This document shows positions 1 through 9,850 of a DNA stretch of 64,000 bases, in pieces. Each line of letters begins with the position of its first letter. Positions within the stretch are counted from its first letter, which is position 1. Under the pieces are notes generated by a model. It searched no databases. It was not told where the DNA came from and saw only the letters and a program-made list of their open reading frames with translations. This DNA is from Ferruginibacter sp. (lineage in GTDB: Bacteria > Bacteroidota > Bacteroidia > Chitinophagales > Chitinophagaceae), in NCBI GenBank assembly GCA_043745405.1, contig JAYTTI010000006.1, forward strand, positions 9,967 to 73,966, written 5' to 3'. Both the position numbers and the translations under genes were made by a program.

Positions 1-605
1 GGTTTTGGTGTTAACCTTGTTAATAGTAAAAAGCCAATAATAACAAGCGAACTAATAACGATGAATGTTCCGGTAACATGGAGCCATGCAATTAAAAATC
101 CTGCCGCGGCATGTCCTGTTATGCTGGCTATTAACCAACTGGTAGAACTTAGCTGGGCGGCAGGTATCAATAAATTTTTTGGCACCAGGGAAGCAATGAT
201 GGCGCCAAAGCTTGGCCCCGAAAATGCCCTGATAGCACCCGTAATAAAAATAACACTGTAAATAAAAATAATAATGAGCTTGGTGCCAAATTGCTCCTTA
301 AACCAATCGGAAGATGCACCCAGTAAAATAAATGTACAAATGGCGTATAAAAAAACTGTGATGAGTAAGAGCCTTCTTTTTTCGCTTTTATCAATTACGT
401 ACCCTGCATATAAAGCCAGGCCGATTGCTGGTATGGCTTCTGCAAGACCAATCATACCGATGTAAAATGCATCGCCGGTTAATTCATAGAGCCACCACGA
501 TACCAAAGTACCCATCATTCGGAGCCCCATGATAAATACAAAACGGCCCATAATAAAATTTCTGAATTCGGCTATTTTTAAAACTGCGAGGGGAGAAGTA
601 TTCAA
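1..605 (-). CDS. MFS transporter (5' part; runs off the left edge of the window)
   Basis: Manual translation from TTG at 605 gives MNTSPLAVLKIAEFRNFIMGRFVFIMGLRMMGTLVSWWLYELTGDAFYIGMIGLAEAIPA..., a typical hydrophobic MFS N-terminus. Missing from the ORF track because its stop lies outside the window. Confidence 0.85.
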   Translation of the reverse strand, partial: MNTSPLAVLKIAEFRNFIMGRFVFIMGLRMMGTLVSWWLYELTGDAFYIGMIGLAEAIPAIGLALYAGYVIDKSEKRRLLLITVFLYAICTFILLGASSDWFKEQFGTKLIIIFIYSVIFITGAIRAFSGPSFGAIIASLVPKNLLIPAAQLSSTSWLIASITGHAAAGFLIAWLHVTGTFIVISSLVIIGFLLLTRLTPK

Positions 606-670
606 CTACTAAAAGATTAGTGATGTTGCAAAAGTAAAAAACTAATGGGCAATATAGATATATAAATAAA

Positions 671-1303
671 TTACGGCAGGCTAATAAAGTGTTGGCCATC
701 TTCATATTCTTTATCCAAAGCAGCAACGATAATTTTTAAATGTTCATCATTGCTTAAAAAATCTGCATTGGAAGTATCCACAAAAAGCGTTTTAATATTA
801 TGCTGTTTTATGTATTGGGTATAAGTTTCCTGTAATTTAAAAAGGTATTCATTGGCAATGCCCTGCTCATACAGGCGATTGCGTTTTTTAATATTTTGCT
901 GCAAAATATTTACCGGCGAATGCAAATATATCAGTAAATCGGGTTGGGTTATTTGTGGATTAACAATGTCGAATAATTTTTGGTATAGCCTGAATTCTTC
1001 AGTAGGTAAATTTACCTTGGCAAATAAAAGGCATTTGGTAAAAAGATAATCAGAAATAGTAATGTTCTGAAACATATCTTTTGTTTGCAAAAGGTGTTTC
1101 AGTTGTTTGTACCGCTCGGCCATAAAAAATAATTCCAGCGGAAAAGCATACTGTTGCTGGTTTTCATAAAACTTTGGCAAAAAAGGGTTGTCTGCAAATT
1201 CTTCCAATATCAGCCTTGCATTAAAATGTTTGCTTAACAAATGTGCCAGCGTGGTTTTGCCTGCACCGATATTTCCCTCTATTGTAACAAAATTGTACTT
1301 CAT
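671..1303 (-). CDS. Deoxynucleoside kinase family protein
   Basis: P-loop IEGNIGAGKTT; FY...Q...FLAER-like motif; PDLLIYL; adjacent to folK as is common in Bacteroidota. Confidence 0.92.
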   Translation of the reverse strand: MKYNFVTIEGNIGAGKTTLAHLLSKHFNARLILEEFADNPFLPKFYENQQQYAFPLELFFMAERYKQLKHLLQTKDMFQNITISDYLFTKCLLFAKVNLPTEEFRLYQKLFDIVNPQITQPDLLIYLHSPVNILQQNIKKRNRLYEQGIANEYLFKLQETYTQYIKQHNIKTLFVDTSNADFLSNDEHLKIIVAALDKEYEDGQHFISLP

Positions 1304-1345
1304 ATTTTATAAAGCCGAAAATAAGTTGAATAAGTAATTGCGCAA

Positions 1346-1825
1346 TTAAAACTTTTTAACATCCAGTGTATCTGTACAATCAATTAATAACTTATGAATG
1401 GTTTTATGGGTTACCGGGTGTGTAAAACCGGGTGATAGTTCATTCAGTGGAACCAATACAAACCTGCGGTTTTCAATTTGCGGGTGCGGAACATCCAGGG
1501 TTTTTTCGGCAATTATTTCTTTGTTGAAAAATAAAATATCAATGTCAATTATCCGGGGTGCATTTTTTTTTGTCCTTACCCTGCCCATTTTATTTTCAAT
1601 AGCCAAAATTTTTTTAATAGTTTCTAAAGCAGGCAGGTTGGTTTCTACAATTATTACCTGGTTCAAAAAATCGGGCTGGTTATTATTGCCCCATGCAGCA
1701 GTAGAGTACAATTTACTTTTACGGATAATAGTACCAATTTGTTGGGTAATGTTTTTTATAGCGATGGATAACTGCCGTTGGGGGTTATTCATGTTGCTGC
1801 CAAGAAGGAGATAAGTTTTATTCAT
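1346..1825 (-). CDS. folK: 2-amino-4-hydroxy-6-hydroxymethyldihydropteridine diphosphokinase (HPPK)
   Basis: YLLLGSN, FLNQV, PRIIDIDIL, VPHP..RRFVLVPL motifs. Confidence 0.97.
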   Translation of the reverse strand: MNKTYLLLGSNMNNPQRQLSIAIKNITQQIGTIIRKSKLYSTAAWGNNNQPDFLNQVIIVETNLPALETIKKILAIENKMGRVRTKKNAPRIIDIDILFFNKEIIAEKTLDVPHPQIENRRFVLVPLNELSPGFTHPVTHKTIHKLLIDCTDTLDVKKF

Positions 1826-2279
1826 CTTTTAAAAACAGTCTTTTATCAAACAAAAATTTGTTTACCAGTAAAATTTTTACTTTTTTAAAATCACTGTGTG
1901 CAGGATTGATGATATAATTATTTTCCTCATCAACAATTGCGGAAGGAACTTTTAGCAATAATGATTTTTTCGATTTTATAAATTCGTCGCCCATCCATTG
2001 GGTATATCCAATATCATCTTTCCATTCTTTTTTTAATTTATCGGTAGAGATTGATAACGGTTGCGCAGCTGTTGGTATATCTATTTTAATAAGATGATAA
2101 GTTAAAGGGATAGTCTGGATAGTTGTTCTCACCAGTATCTCTAATATGGCCAATGAAATATTTTCTGTTGTATACAAAACAGGCAATCCCACCGAGTTCC
2201 ACCTGCCACCAAACAATTTGGCACCGGTACCACTCAGGTCGTTTTTATACATTTCAGTAACTAACCTGTAAATAATCAT
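1818..2279 (-). CDS. RES-domain toxin (type II TA)
   Basis: MIIYRL...GGRWNS.G...ILEIL...LLKVPSAIV...NYIINPAH contains the R/E/S residues. Likely start is the ATG at 2279, overlapping the antitoxin stop (ATGA). Confidence 0.9.
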   Translation of the reverse strand: MIIYRLVTEMYKNDLSGTGAKLFGGRWNSVGLPVLYTTENISLAILEILVRTTIQTIPLTYHLIKIDIPTAAQPLSISTDKLKKEWKDDIGYTQWMGDEFIKSKKSLLLKVPSAIVDEENNYIINPAHSDFKKVKILLVNKFLFDKRLFLKDE

Positions 2280-2734
2280 GCAAGTATACCATGTTGAATT
2301 CTTCCTAATTGGGTTAATACCATTTGAATGCCATGGGTGGTGGTTAAAGATTCTAAAGAAAGGCCTCCCTCCAGCATCAATGGTTTTTGTTTTAGCCACT
2401 GATAGAATAAATCGGTTTTGCCGAAAGTTATTTTTCCTTCATTAATTACCTGGGCTATTTGTAAGGCCCTGTCCGCATTGATAGGGGCAAAACTTCCGTT
2501 ATTTTTTGCATACCGCTGCAGGGTACGTTCGCTAACATGCAATATGGATGCCCATTCTGTTTGTGTAAAGGGAACTTTATCGGCAATTTTTTTAAATTCA
2601 GTGTAGGTAAAATTGTTTATAGAAGGAATTATTTTTACTGTTCGGTTATATACAGCTTCTGGTTCTTCTACTTTACTAACTTTAGTGTTTTGCGTATAAG
2701 GTTTTGTTTTTTTTGGTGGTATTTTCTTTTCCAT
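2276..2734 (-). CDS. Xre/MbcA/ParS-type antitoxin of a RES-Xre TA system
   Basis: HTH (WASILHVSERTLQRY) and a C-terminal WL...L.G......L.T..GIQMV...LGRIQHG pattern; directly upstream of the RES gene. Confidence 0.9.
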   Translation of the reverse strand: MEKKIPPKKTKPYTQNTKVSKVEEPEAVYNRTVKIIPSINNFTYTEFKKIADKVPFTQTEWASILHVSERTLQRYAKNNGSFAPINADRALQIAQVINEGKITFGKTDLFYQWLKQKPLMLEGGLSLESLTTTHGIQMVLTQLGRIQHGILA

Positions 2735-2738
2735 AAAA

Positions 2739-2771
2739 CGTCATTTGTCATACAAATATACGTCACATGTC
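2739..2771 (-). promoter_or_regulatory. TAnnTTTG promoter element flanked by direct repeats (putative antitoxin operator)
   Basis: Minus strand reads GACATGTGACG-TATATTTG-TAT-GACAAATGACG; the repeats are 22 bp apart. Confidence 0.6.
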
Positions 2772-2833
2772 GCTAATTTACAAATTTTTTTTAAACCTTT
2801 TTTACAAATAGCTTTACGGCTCAAATTTATTGA

Positions 2834-3946
2834 ATGCAACAGTATAGTCAGTTAAGGGCCATGTTGGCCATCACTAAGGGCAGTCTAAAATCAATCTTCA
2901 GAAGCCCATCGGCAGTAGTATTTAGTTTTGTTTTTCCCTTCGTATTTATATTGGTCTTTGGTTTTATAGGTGATAACGGCGGTGTACCAGTTTATAAAAT
3001 AGCACTGAATAAAAACTGTGATACCACCAATGCATTGTACGATTCAATAAAAACAACCAACAGGATAAAAATTGTGCGTTTCAATAATGAGCGTGAGCTA
3101 CATGAAGACATTGTAAAAGGAAAGATAACAGGTGTTTTTAATATCATAAAAAACTCAACCCAGGTTCCGGCATATACTTATACATTGTCAACCACCAGTG
3201 CAAGCAATGATAAGTGGCCACAATTTATGCCCCTTGTAAGCGGCATTGTAAATAAAATAAGTAATACAATATATACAAACAGGCCTACCTACGCCATCCC
3301 CGATTTTGATTATGCAAGGGATGTACAGCAAATACGGCAATACAAAACAATTGATTTTATATTGCCAGGGCAATTAGGTTTTTCTTTATTAAGTTCTGGT
3401 GTGTTTGGTGTAGCGTTTATGTTTTTTAATTTAAGGAATACATTGGTATTAAAACGTTTTTTTGCAACGCCTATCAGCAGGACTTATATTGTTTTAGGAG
3501 AAGGTCTGGCAAGGGTAATATTTCAAATGCTTACTGCCATTGTAATCATTTTAGCCGGAAGGTTTCTTTTTGGGTTTACACTAATTAATGGATTTGAAAC
3601 ATTATTGGAAATGTTATTATTAAGTTTTATTGGTTTAATAGTTTTTATGGGTCTCGGCTTTATTGTAAGCGGGCTTGCAACAAGCGACAGCAGTATCCCT
3701 CCATTTGCTAATTTACTTACACTGCCACAATTCTTGTTAGGAGGAACATTTTTTTCAGCAGATGCATTTCCAAAATGGCTACAACCTATATCAAAAGCAT
3801 TGCCGCTTACACATTTAAACACCGCCATGAGGTCGGTAGCTTTTGAGGGCCAAAGCCTTTGGGATGTAAAAAGCGAAATTGGTATTTTATTATTGTGGGG
3901 TATTGTGGTATATGCGGTAGCTATCAAAGTTTTCAAATGGGAATAA
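2834..3946 (+). CDS. ABC-2 type transporter permease
   Basis: N-terminal TM, periplasmic loop, IDFILPG, LKRFFATP, FLLGGTFF...P.WLQ...LPLT motifs. Confidence 0.9.
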   Translation: MQQYSQLRAMLAITKGSLKSIFRSPSAVVFSFVFPFVFILVFGFIGDNGGVPVYKIALNKNCDTTNALYDSIKTTNRIKIVRFNNERELHEDIVKGKITGVFNIIKNSTQVPAYTYTLSTTSASNDKWPQFMPLVSGIVNKISNTIYTNRPTYAIPDFDYARDVQQIRQYKTIDFILPGQLGFSLLSSGVFGVAFMFFNLRNTLVLKRFFATPISRTYIVLGEGLARVIFQMLTAIVIILAGRFLFGFTLINGFETLLEMLLLSFIGLIVFMGLGFIVSGLATSDSSIPPFANLLTLPQFLLGGTFFSADAFPKWLQPISKALPLTHLNTAMRSVAFEGQSLWDVKSEIGILLLWGIVVYAVAIKVFKWE

Positions 3947-3947
3947 T

Positions 3948-4481
3948 ATGATGCGTTTTATAAAAGCATTTCTTTTTGGAATTACAGGATTATTTATAGT
4001 AATAACATTGCTTTCTCTATTGATACCTTCTCATGTAAAAGTATCAAGAATAGTAGTTATTAATAATACTGCTATTAATAAAATAAATAAGCAAATAGTT
4101 GATTTAAAAGAGTGGAAAAACTGGCACCCTGTTTTTAAACCTGGTGCGGCTGTTATCAATTTTGGTACTATTACTGAAGGTAACAATGCAGGTTGTGATA
4201 TTATATTCAACAACAAAACCACCCATCTTATAATCAACTCTGCAGATTCTTTTTCTGTAAAATTTACTTTGCAATCGCAGGGCGAAAATAGTATTGAAAA
4301 TAATATTTTTTTAACGCCTTTACCGACTCAACAAGCTGTACAGGTTGAGTGGCAGGCAATAAACAAATTACATTGGTACCCATGGGATAAATTTTATGCC
4401 ATCTTTATTGATAAAATATCCGGCCCCGGTTATGAAGCTGCTTTAAATGGACTAAAGAATTTTATAGAAAAGAATCCATAG
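3948..4481 (+). CDS. SRPBCC/polyketide cyclase-like membrane-anchored protein
   Basis: N-terminal TM, VSRIVVI, DLKEWKNWHP, C-terminal YEAALNGLKNFIE. Confidence 0.7.
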   Translation: MMRFIKAFLFGITGLFIVITLLSLLIPSHVKVSRIVVINNTAINKINKQIVDLKEWKNWHPVFKPGAAVINFGTITEGNNAGCDIIFNNKTTHLIINSADSFSVKFTLQSQGENSIENNIFLTPLPTQQAVQVEWQAINKLHWYPWDKFYAIFIDKISGPGYEAALNGLKNFIEKNP

Positions 4482-4650
4482 TTATTTACAGCTATTCAAA
4501 AAAATTTATCTGAGTAACAAAAGTAAAGTTGGTCATCGTTGCGATTTGCCCGCCGATGAGGATCGTCCCGTTTGTTTTTTCACCCCCAGGAGCATCTTCA
4601 AAATTGTTACAATAAAATCGAAATCGAAACATCCAGTATCCAGCTATTTA

Positions 4651-4890
4651 AATTATTTTACAGTAAATGCAAGCCCTGGCAACAAATACTTGTCAGACTG
4701 ATGATATGAAGTGGGTGCTGGATATAAGTTTACAATTTTTAATAAAACGCATATTGGTTTTAGCGCTGGGGATTCTTATAAACAATTAAAAGAAAAAATA
4801 TAATTTTTATACGATTTTCCAACCCCCGAGCAAACTAATAATTATGAGTACGGGCGCATATCCATAAAATTTAACTGGTGGTTGCTATAA
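4651..4890 (+). pseudogene. Decayed C-terminus of a probable outer-membrane beta-barrel protein
   Basis: One frame reads [76 protein letters not shown], with beta-strand periodicity and three internal stops. Confidence 0.5.
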
Positions 4891-5803
4891 ATTTAAGATT
4901 GCGTTTAATACCTTCAAATTTACTACGCTTGATGGGTGAGTTTTTAAAGATGAGTTTAAAATTTTCTTCTGTCAATTCTTCCCAATCAGAAGTGGAGAAA
5001 TTTAAAATGGCGGGGATGGGGGTAAAATTTATTTCATTATTTGGTTTGCTAAAGCGGTTCCATGGGCATACATCCTGGCAAACATCACATCCAAACATCC
5101 AGTTATCAAATTTTCCTTTCATAGCACCAGGTATCAATGCATCTTTTAGTTCAATAGTAAAATAGCTGATACATCTGCTGCCATCAACAACCTTATCAGG
5201 CAGTATCGCTTCTGTAGGACAGGTATCGATACATTTGGTACAGGTGCCACAATAATCCTTTGCAACACCAGCATCATACTCCAGTTCTACATCCACTATT
5301 AATGTGGCAATAAAAAAGAAACTGCCGCTTTGTTTATTGATAAGGTTCCCATTTTTACCAATCCATCCCAATCCGCTTTTTTGTGCCCACGTCCTCTCTA
5401 ATACCGGTGCGCTGTCTACAAATCCACGGCCATTGATATTACCCACTTCAAGTTTTATGAGCGCTATCAATTGTTTTAATTTCTCCCTTATTACTTCATG
5501 GTAATCGTTGCCATAGGCATATTTTGCAATCTTTGGGGCTTCATTTTTTTGTTGCGATGCAGGAAAATAATTCATCATTAATGTAATAACAGACTTTGCT
5601 CCCTGTACTAATTTAGATGGGTCGATACGCATATCAAAATAATTTTCCATGTATTGCATTTTGCCGTGCATACCTTTACTGAGCCAGCTTTCCAGCCTTC
5701 GGGCATCATCATCCAAAACCTGCACTTTTGAAATACCACAATAATCAAAGCCAATATTTTTTGCGGTATTTTTTATGCTATTGCTTATTTGCAAAGAAGT
5801 CAT
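4871..5803 (-). CDS. queG: tRNA epoxyqueuosine(34) reductase
   Basis: [30 protein letters not shown] and [12 protein letters not shown] Fe-S motifs. Confidence 0.96.
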   Translation of the reverse strand: MTSLQISNSIKNTAKNIGFDYCGISKVQVLDDDARRLESWLSKGMHGKMQYMENYFDMRIDPSKLVQGAKSVITLMMNYFPASQQKNEAPKIAKYAYGNDYHEVIREKLKQLIALIKLEVGNINGRGFVDSAPVLERTWAQKSGLGWIGKNGNLINKQSGSFFFIATLIVDVELEYDAGVAKDYCGTCTKCIDTCPTEAILPDKVVDGSRCISYFTIELKDALIPGAMKGKFDNWMFGCDVCQDVCPWNRFSKPNNEINFTPIPAILNFSTSDWEELTEENFKLIFKNSPIKRSKFEGIKRNLKFIATTS

Positions 5804-5875
5804 ATTATAAATATATTTTGGCGCAATAATATTATCCTTACATTAGCGTTTTAAACCCCAAAACCCAACAGCCAC

Positions 5876-7924
5876 ATGAAATATCCAGTAAAACTTTCCG
5901 CCGCATTATTATGCGGTTTGTTTTTTCATTTCTCCATTGTAGCACAAGACAAATTACCAATAAAATTTGGAAAGGTAGCCATTGAAGATTTTGATGTAAA
6001 ATCTGCTTTGATAGATTCAAGCACCAATGCCGTGGTTGTAGCTGATCTCGGCAGTTCTGAATTTATTGCCAACAGCAGTGAGCTTACTTTTTCTTTAATC
6101 TTTAAAGAAAAAAAACGCATTAAGATCATTACAAAAAATGGGTTTGCTGCTGCCACTATTACTATTCAACTATATGTATCAGGAAACAAAACTGAAAAAC
6201 TGGATGACCTTGATGCTTTTACCTACAATGTTGAAAATGGTAATGTACTTAAAACTAAAGTAGAAAAATCTGCTGTGTTTACAGAAAAACATGATAAAAA
6301 CTGGATATATAAAAAATTTACTTTCCCGGCATTAAAAGAAGGCAGTATTATTGAATATTCGTACGAGGTAAAATCAGATTTCTTTTTTAACCTGCAGCCC
6401 TGGAAATTTCAAGACGAATACCCGGTATTGTGGAGTCAGTATGATGCAGGTATTCCTGAATTTTATAAATATGTAATTCTATCGCAAGGCTATCAACCTT
6501 TTTTTATTAATAAGGTTGATAAATCGAATGCATCATTTTCATTCACTGAGCGTATAGAAAGAAAAGACCTCGGTGACAATAGAGTGGGAGCTGCTACAAA
6601 TTCTTTTAAAGTAGACGGCATGGTGGATTACCATACCTGGGTGATGAAAAATGTACCTGGCCTTAAAGAAGAGCCTTTTACAACTACCATTCGGAATTCG
6701 ATTGCGAAAATAGAATTTCAGTTAAATGAGGTGGCATTTCCTAATGCTCCCTCCCACAACTATATGGATACCTGGCAAAGTGTAAGTGAAGAATTGAGAA
6801 AGGACGATGAGTTTGGTGTACCAATCAATAAGAGCAATAACTGGCTCGATGACGAGGTAAACGGCATAGTAAAAACAGCGGCAAGCCAAAAAGAAAAAGT
6901 AAAAAAAATATTTGAATATGTACGGGATCATTATAGTTGCAATGGCAATACCGGATATTCTACTAATGCCACATTAAAAGATGTAGTTAAAAATAAAAAT
7001 GGATCTGTAGGAGATATTAACCTGTTGCTGATAGCAATGTTGCGGAACCAAAAAATAGATGTTGATCCGGTAATTCTCAGCACCAGGGACCATGGCTTTG
7101 TGCATGAATTTTATCCGTTAATGGGGCGATATAACTATGTGATTGCAAAAGTAAATATTGATAATGAAGTTATGTACCTTGATGCAACAGAACCGCAGCT
7201 TGCTTTTAATAAATTGCCATTGCAGGTATATAATGGCCAGGCCAGGATTATTAGTACAGAGGCACTGCCGGTTTACTTTGTTGCAGATTCTTTAAAAGAA
7301 TCAAGTAATACAATGGTTATAATTATCAATAATGATAAGGGCGGAATGGAAGGAGGTTTTACCAGTAAACCCGGCTATTATAACTCGCTTGGCCTTCGTA
7401 ATAAAGTAGCAAAAACAACAATAGAAGAGTATAAAAAAAGTATCAGGGAAAATTATGCAGAAGAAATAGAAATAACCAATGTAACTATTGACTCTTTGAA
7501 ATTATTAAATGAACCCATTGCTATTAACTATGATATGAAGCTAAAAGCATTTGGCGATGCTGATATTGTGTATTTTAATCCCATGCTTGCTGAGGCAAAA
7601 AAGAAAAATCCCTTTGTTGCAGCAGAGCGTTTTTACCCGGTTGAAATGCCTTATACCATTGATGATATCTACACTTTTAATATGGAAATACCCAAAGGTT
7701 ATAAAGTAGATGAATTGCCAAAATCTGCACGGGTTATGTTAAATGAAACTGAAGGCATGTTTGAATACTTAGTATCTGCAAGTGAAACCAGCATACAGAT
7801 GCGGCGCAGGCTGGTAATAAAAAAAGCAAATTTTGCAAACGAAGATTATCAGACACTGAGGGATTTTTACGGTTTTATGGTAAACAAGGAAGCAGAACAA
7901 ATTGTGTTTAAAAAAATTAAGTAG
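5876..7924 (+). CDS. DUF3857 + transglutaminase-like domain secreted protein (catalytic Cys apparently lost)
   Basis: Signal peptide; FTFPALKEGSIIEY; GSVGDINLLL where GDC is expected; YNYVI; YLDAT. Confidence 0.8.
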   Translation: MKYPVKLSAALLCGLFFHFSIVAQDKLPIKFGKVAIEDFDVKSALIDSSTNAVVVADLGSSEFIANSSELTFSLIFKEKKRIKIITKNGFAAATITIQLYVSGNKTEKLDDLDAFTYNVENGNVLKTKVEKSAVFTEKHDKNWIYKKFTFPALKEGSIIEYSYEVKSDFFFNLQPWKFQDEYPVLWSQYDAGIPEFYKYVILSQGYQPFFINKVDKSNASFSFTERIERKDLGDNRVGAATNSFKVDGMVDYHTWVMKNVPGLKEEPFTTTIRNSIAKIEFQLNEVAFPNAPSHNYMDTWQSVSEELRKDDEFGVPINKSNNWLDDEVNGIVKTAASQKEKVKKIFEYVRDHYSCNGNTGYSTNATLKDVVKNKNGSVGDINLLLIAMLRNQKIDVDPVILSTRDHGFVHEFYPLMGRYNYVIAKVNIDNEVMYLDATEPQLAFNKLPLQVYNGQARIISTEALPVYFVADSLKESSNTMVIIINNDKGGMEGGFTSKPGYYNSLGLRNKVAKTTIEEYKKSIRENYAEEIEITNVTIDSLKLLNEPIAINYDMKLKAFGDADIVYFNPMLAEAKKKNPFVAAERFYPVEMPYTIDDIYTFNMEIPKGYKVDELPKSARVMLNETEGMFEYLVSASETSIQMRRRLVIKKANFANEDYQTLRDFYGFMVNKEAEQIVFKKIK

Positions 7925-7926
7925 TT

Positions 7927-9825
7927 ATGAAATTCACGATACTGCTTTTTGCTGTTTTTATTTATGGCCTTGCCCAGGCACAGGAATACAATGCTTTTTT
8001 TATACCCGATTCTTTACGTAAAGATGCTGATGTGGTAAAGCGGAATGAAGAATATATTCTCACTATTAAGTCATCTTCCAGATATACTTTATACGAAAAA
8101 CATGTGTATACAATTTTAAATCCGGTGCTTAAGCGCTATGCCCGCTATACAACCCATTATGATAAATTTACCAGCATTAATTCAGTTTCGGGTAAACTGT
8201 ATAACAGCATGGGTAAGCAAATAAAAAGCACAAAAAAAAGCGACTGGGAAGATAGGAGTGCTACTGATGGTTTCAGCCTGCTTATAGATGACAGGTACAA
8301 GGAGAATGAATTTTATGATGCTGAATATCCTTATACAGTTGAATACGAGGAAGAGGATGAAAATAACGGAACAATGTTTTTTCCAGGATGGATGCCACAG
8401 ACTAACCCCAGAATGTCTGTTCAAAACAGTAAGTTTACCATTATTGCACCAGCGGGTTATCATGTACGGTATAAACAGGTAAATGGTAAAGGCGCACCGG
8501 TGATCACTCAGAAGAACAATGTAAAAACTTATACATGGGAGATAAAAAATATCACCGCAAAAAAGCAGGAAGTATCCGCACCCCCGTTTAGTGAAATTAC
8601 TCCCGTAGTATTTTTTGCCCCATCTTTATTTGAAGTAGATGGATATAGCGGTGATATGTCAACATGGGAAGGATATGGCAAATTTATGTACAAACTTATA
8701 AAAGGAAGGGATGTTTTGCCAGAGACAATTAAATTGAAAGTACATGAATTGACAGATACCATAAAAAATGAAAAACAAAAAATTTTTGCATTATATGATT
8801 TTCTGCAAAAAAATACAAGGTATGTAAGCATTCAATTGGGTATTGGTGGGTGGCAGCCTTTTGAAGCATCCTATGTTGCAGAAAAAAAATATGGCGATTG
8901 CAAGGCACTTTCAAATTATATGATTGCCTTGCTAAAGGAGGCAGGTATTAAAGGAAAATATGTAGAAATATATGGAGGGCAATCTCCGCCACCTTTTATA
9001 GATGATTTTTCTTTTTTTCAGAGTAACCACGTAATAGCCTGCGTACCCCTTGCCAAAGATACAATCTGGCTGGAATGTACCAGCCAGACAGTGTCTCCGG
9101 GTTATATGGGCAGTTTTACCGGCAACAGAAAAGCCATCATTATTGATGAAACAGGTGGCCATATTGTAAATACGCCTGTTTATAAAGTGGTTGATAATTT
9201 ACAGGTACGGATTGTAAAGGCGGTAACGGATGAACAGGGAAATCTTACAGCAGATATTACAAACAGGTACACAGGCTTACAACAGGATTTTCCTCATTCA
9301 TTAATGTACGAAGCATCAAAAGAAGAAAGAGAAAAATATTTGAACCAAATGTTTAACCTGCCTACCTACCAGGTAATAAAAAATAATTATAAAGACAACA
9401 AGGGTATTATTCCTTCTGTAGATGAATACCTGCAAATTCAATTAAATAATTATGCAAATATTACGGGTAAAAGATTATTTATTTTCCCCAATATATTTGG
9501 AAGGGCCACAGAAAAATTAACAGCAGATACAAACAGGCAATACGATTATATCATAAAAGACCCTTACAGGGATATTGATTCTATCGAAATAAAAATACCA
9601 GGCGGGTACAAACCGGAAAGCCTTCCAAAAGATATTTCCCTGCTGACAAAATTTGGAAAATATGTTTCTTCTGTAAAAGTATTGGATGACAAAATTATTT
9701 ACTACAGGCTTATGGAACAATATAGTGGCCGTTTTGCAGCCAAAGAATATAATGACCTTGTTATATTTTATCAGCAAATTTACAAAGCTGACAGAAGTGG
9801 TGTAGTAATGGTTAAAGCTGAATAA
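7927..9825 (+). CDS. DUF3857 + transglutaminase-like domain secreted protein
   Basis: Signal peptide; RYVSIQLGIGGWQP; YGDCKALSNY; NHVIACV; WLECTS. Confidence 0.85.
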   Translation: MKFTILLFAVFIYGLAQAQEYNAFFIPDSLRKDADVVKRNEEYILTIKSSSRYTLYEKHVYTILNPVLKRYARYTTHYDKFTSINSVSGKLYNSMGKQIKSTKKSDWEDRSATDGFSLLIDDRYKENEFYDAEYPYTVEYEEEDENNGTMFFPGWMPQTNPRMSVQNSKFTIIAPAGYHVRYKQVNGKGAPVITQKNNVKTYTWEIKNITAKKQEVSAPPFSEITPVVFFAPSLFEVDGYSGDMSTWEGYGKFMYKLIKGRDVLPETIKLKVHELTDTIKNEKQKIFALYDFLQKNTRYVSIQLGIGGWQPFEASYVAEKKYGDCKALSNYMIALLKEAGIKGKYVEIYGGQSPPPFIDDFSFFQSNHVIACVPLAKDTIWLECTSQTVSPGYMGSFTGNRKAIIIDETGGHIVNTPVYKVVDNLQVRIVKAVTDEQGNLTADITNRYTGLQQDFPHSLMYEASKEEREKYLNQMFNLPTYQVIKNNYKDNKGIIPSVDEYLQIQLNNYANITGKRLFIFPNIFGRATEKLTADTNRQYDYIIKDPYRDIDSIEIKIPGGYKPESLPKDISLLTKFGKYVSSVKVLDDKIIYYRLMEQYSGRFAAKEYNDLVIFYQQIYKADRSGVVMVKAE

Positions 9826-9850
9826 TTCTACAGGCGTTTTGCAAAATTTA

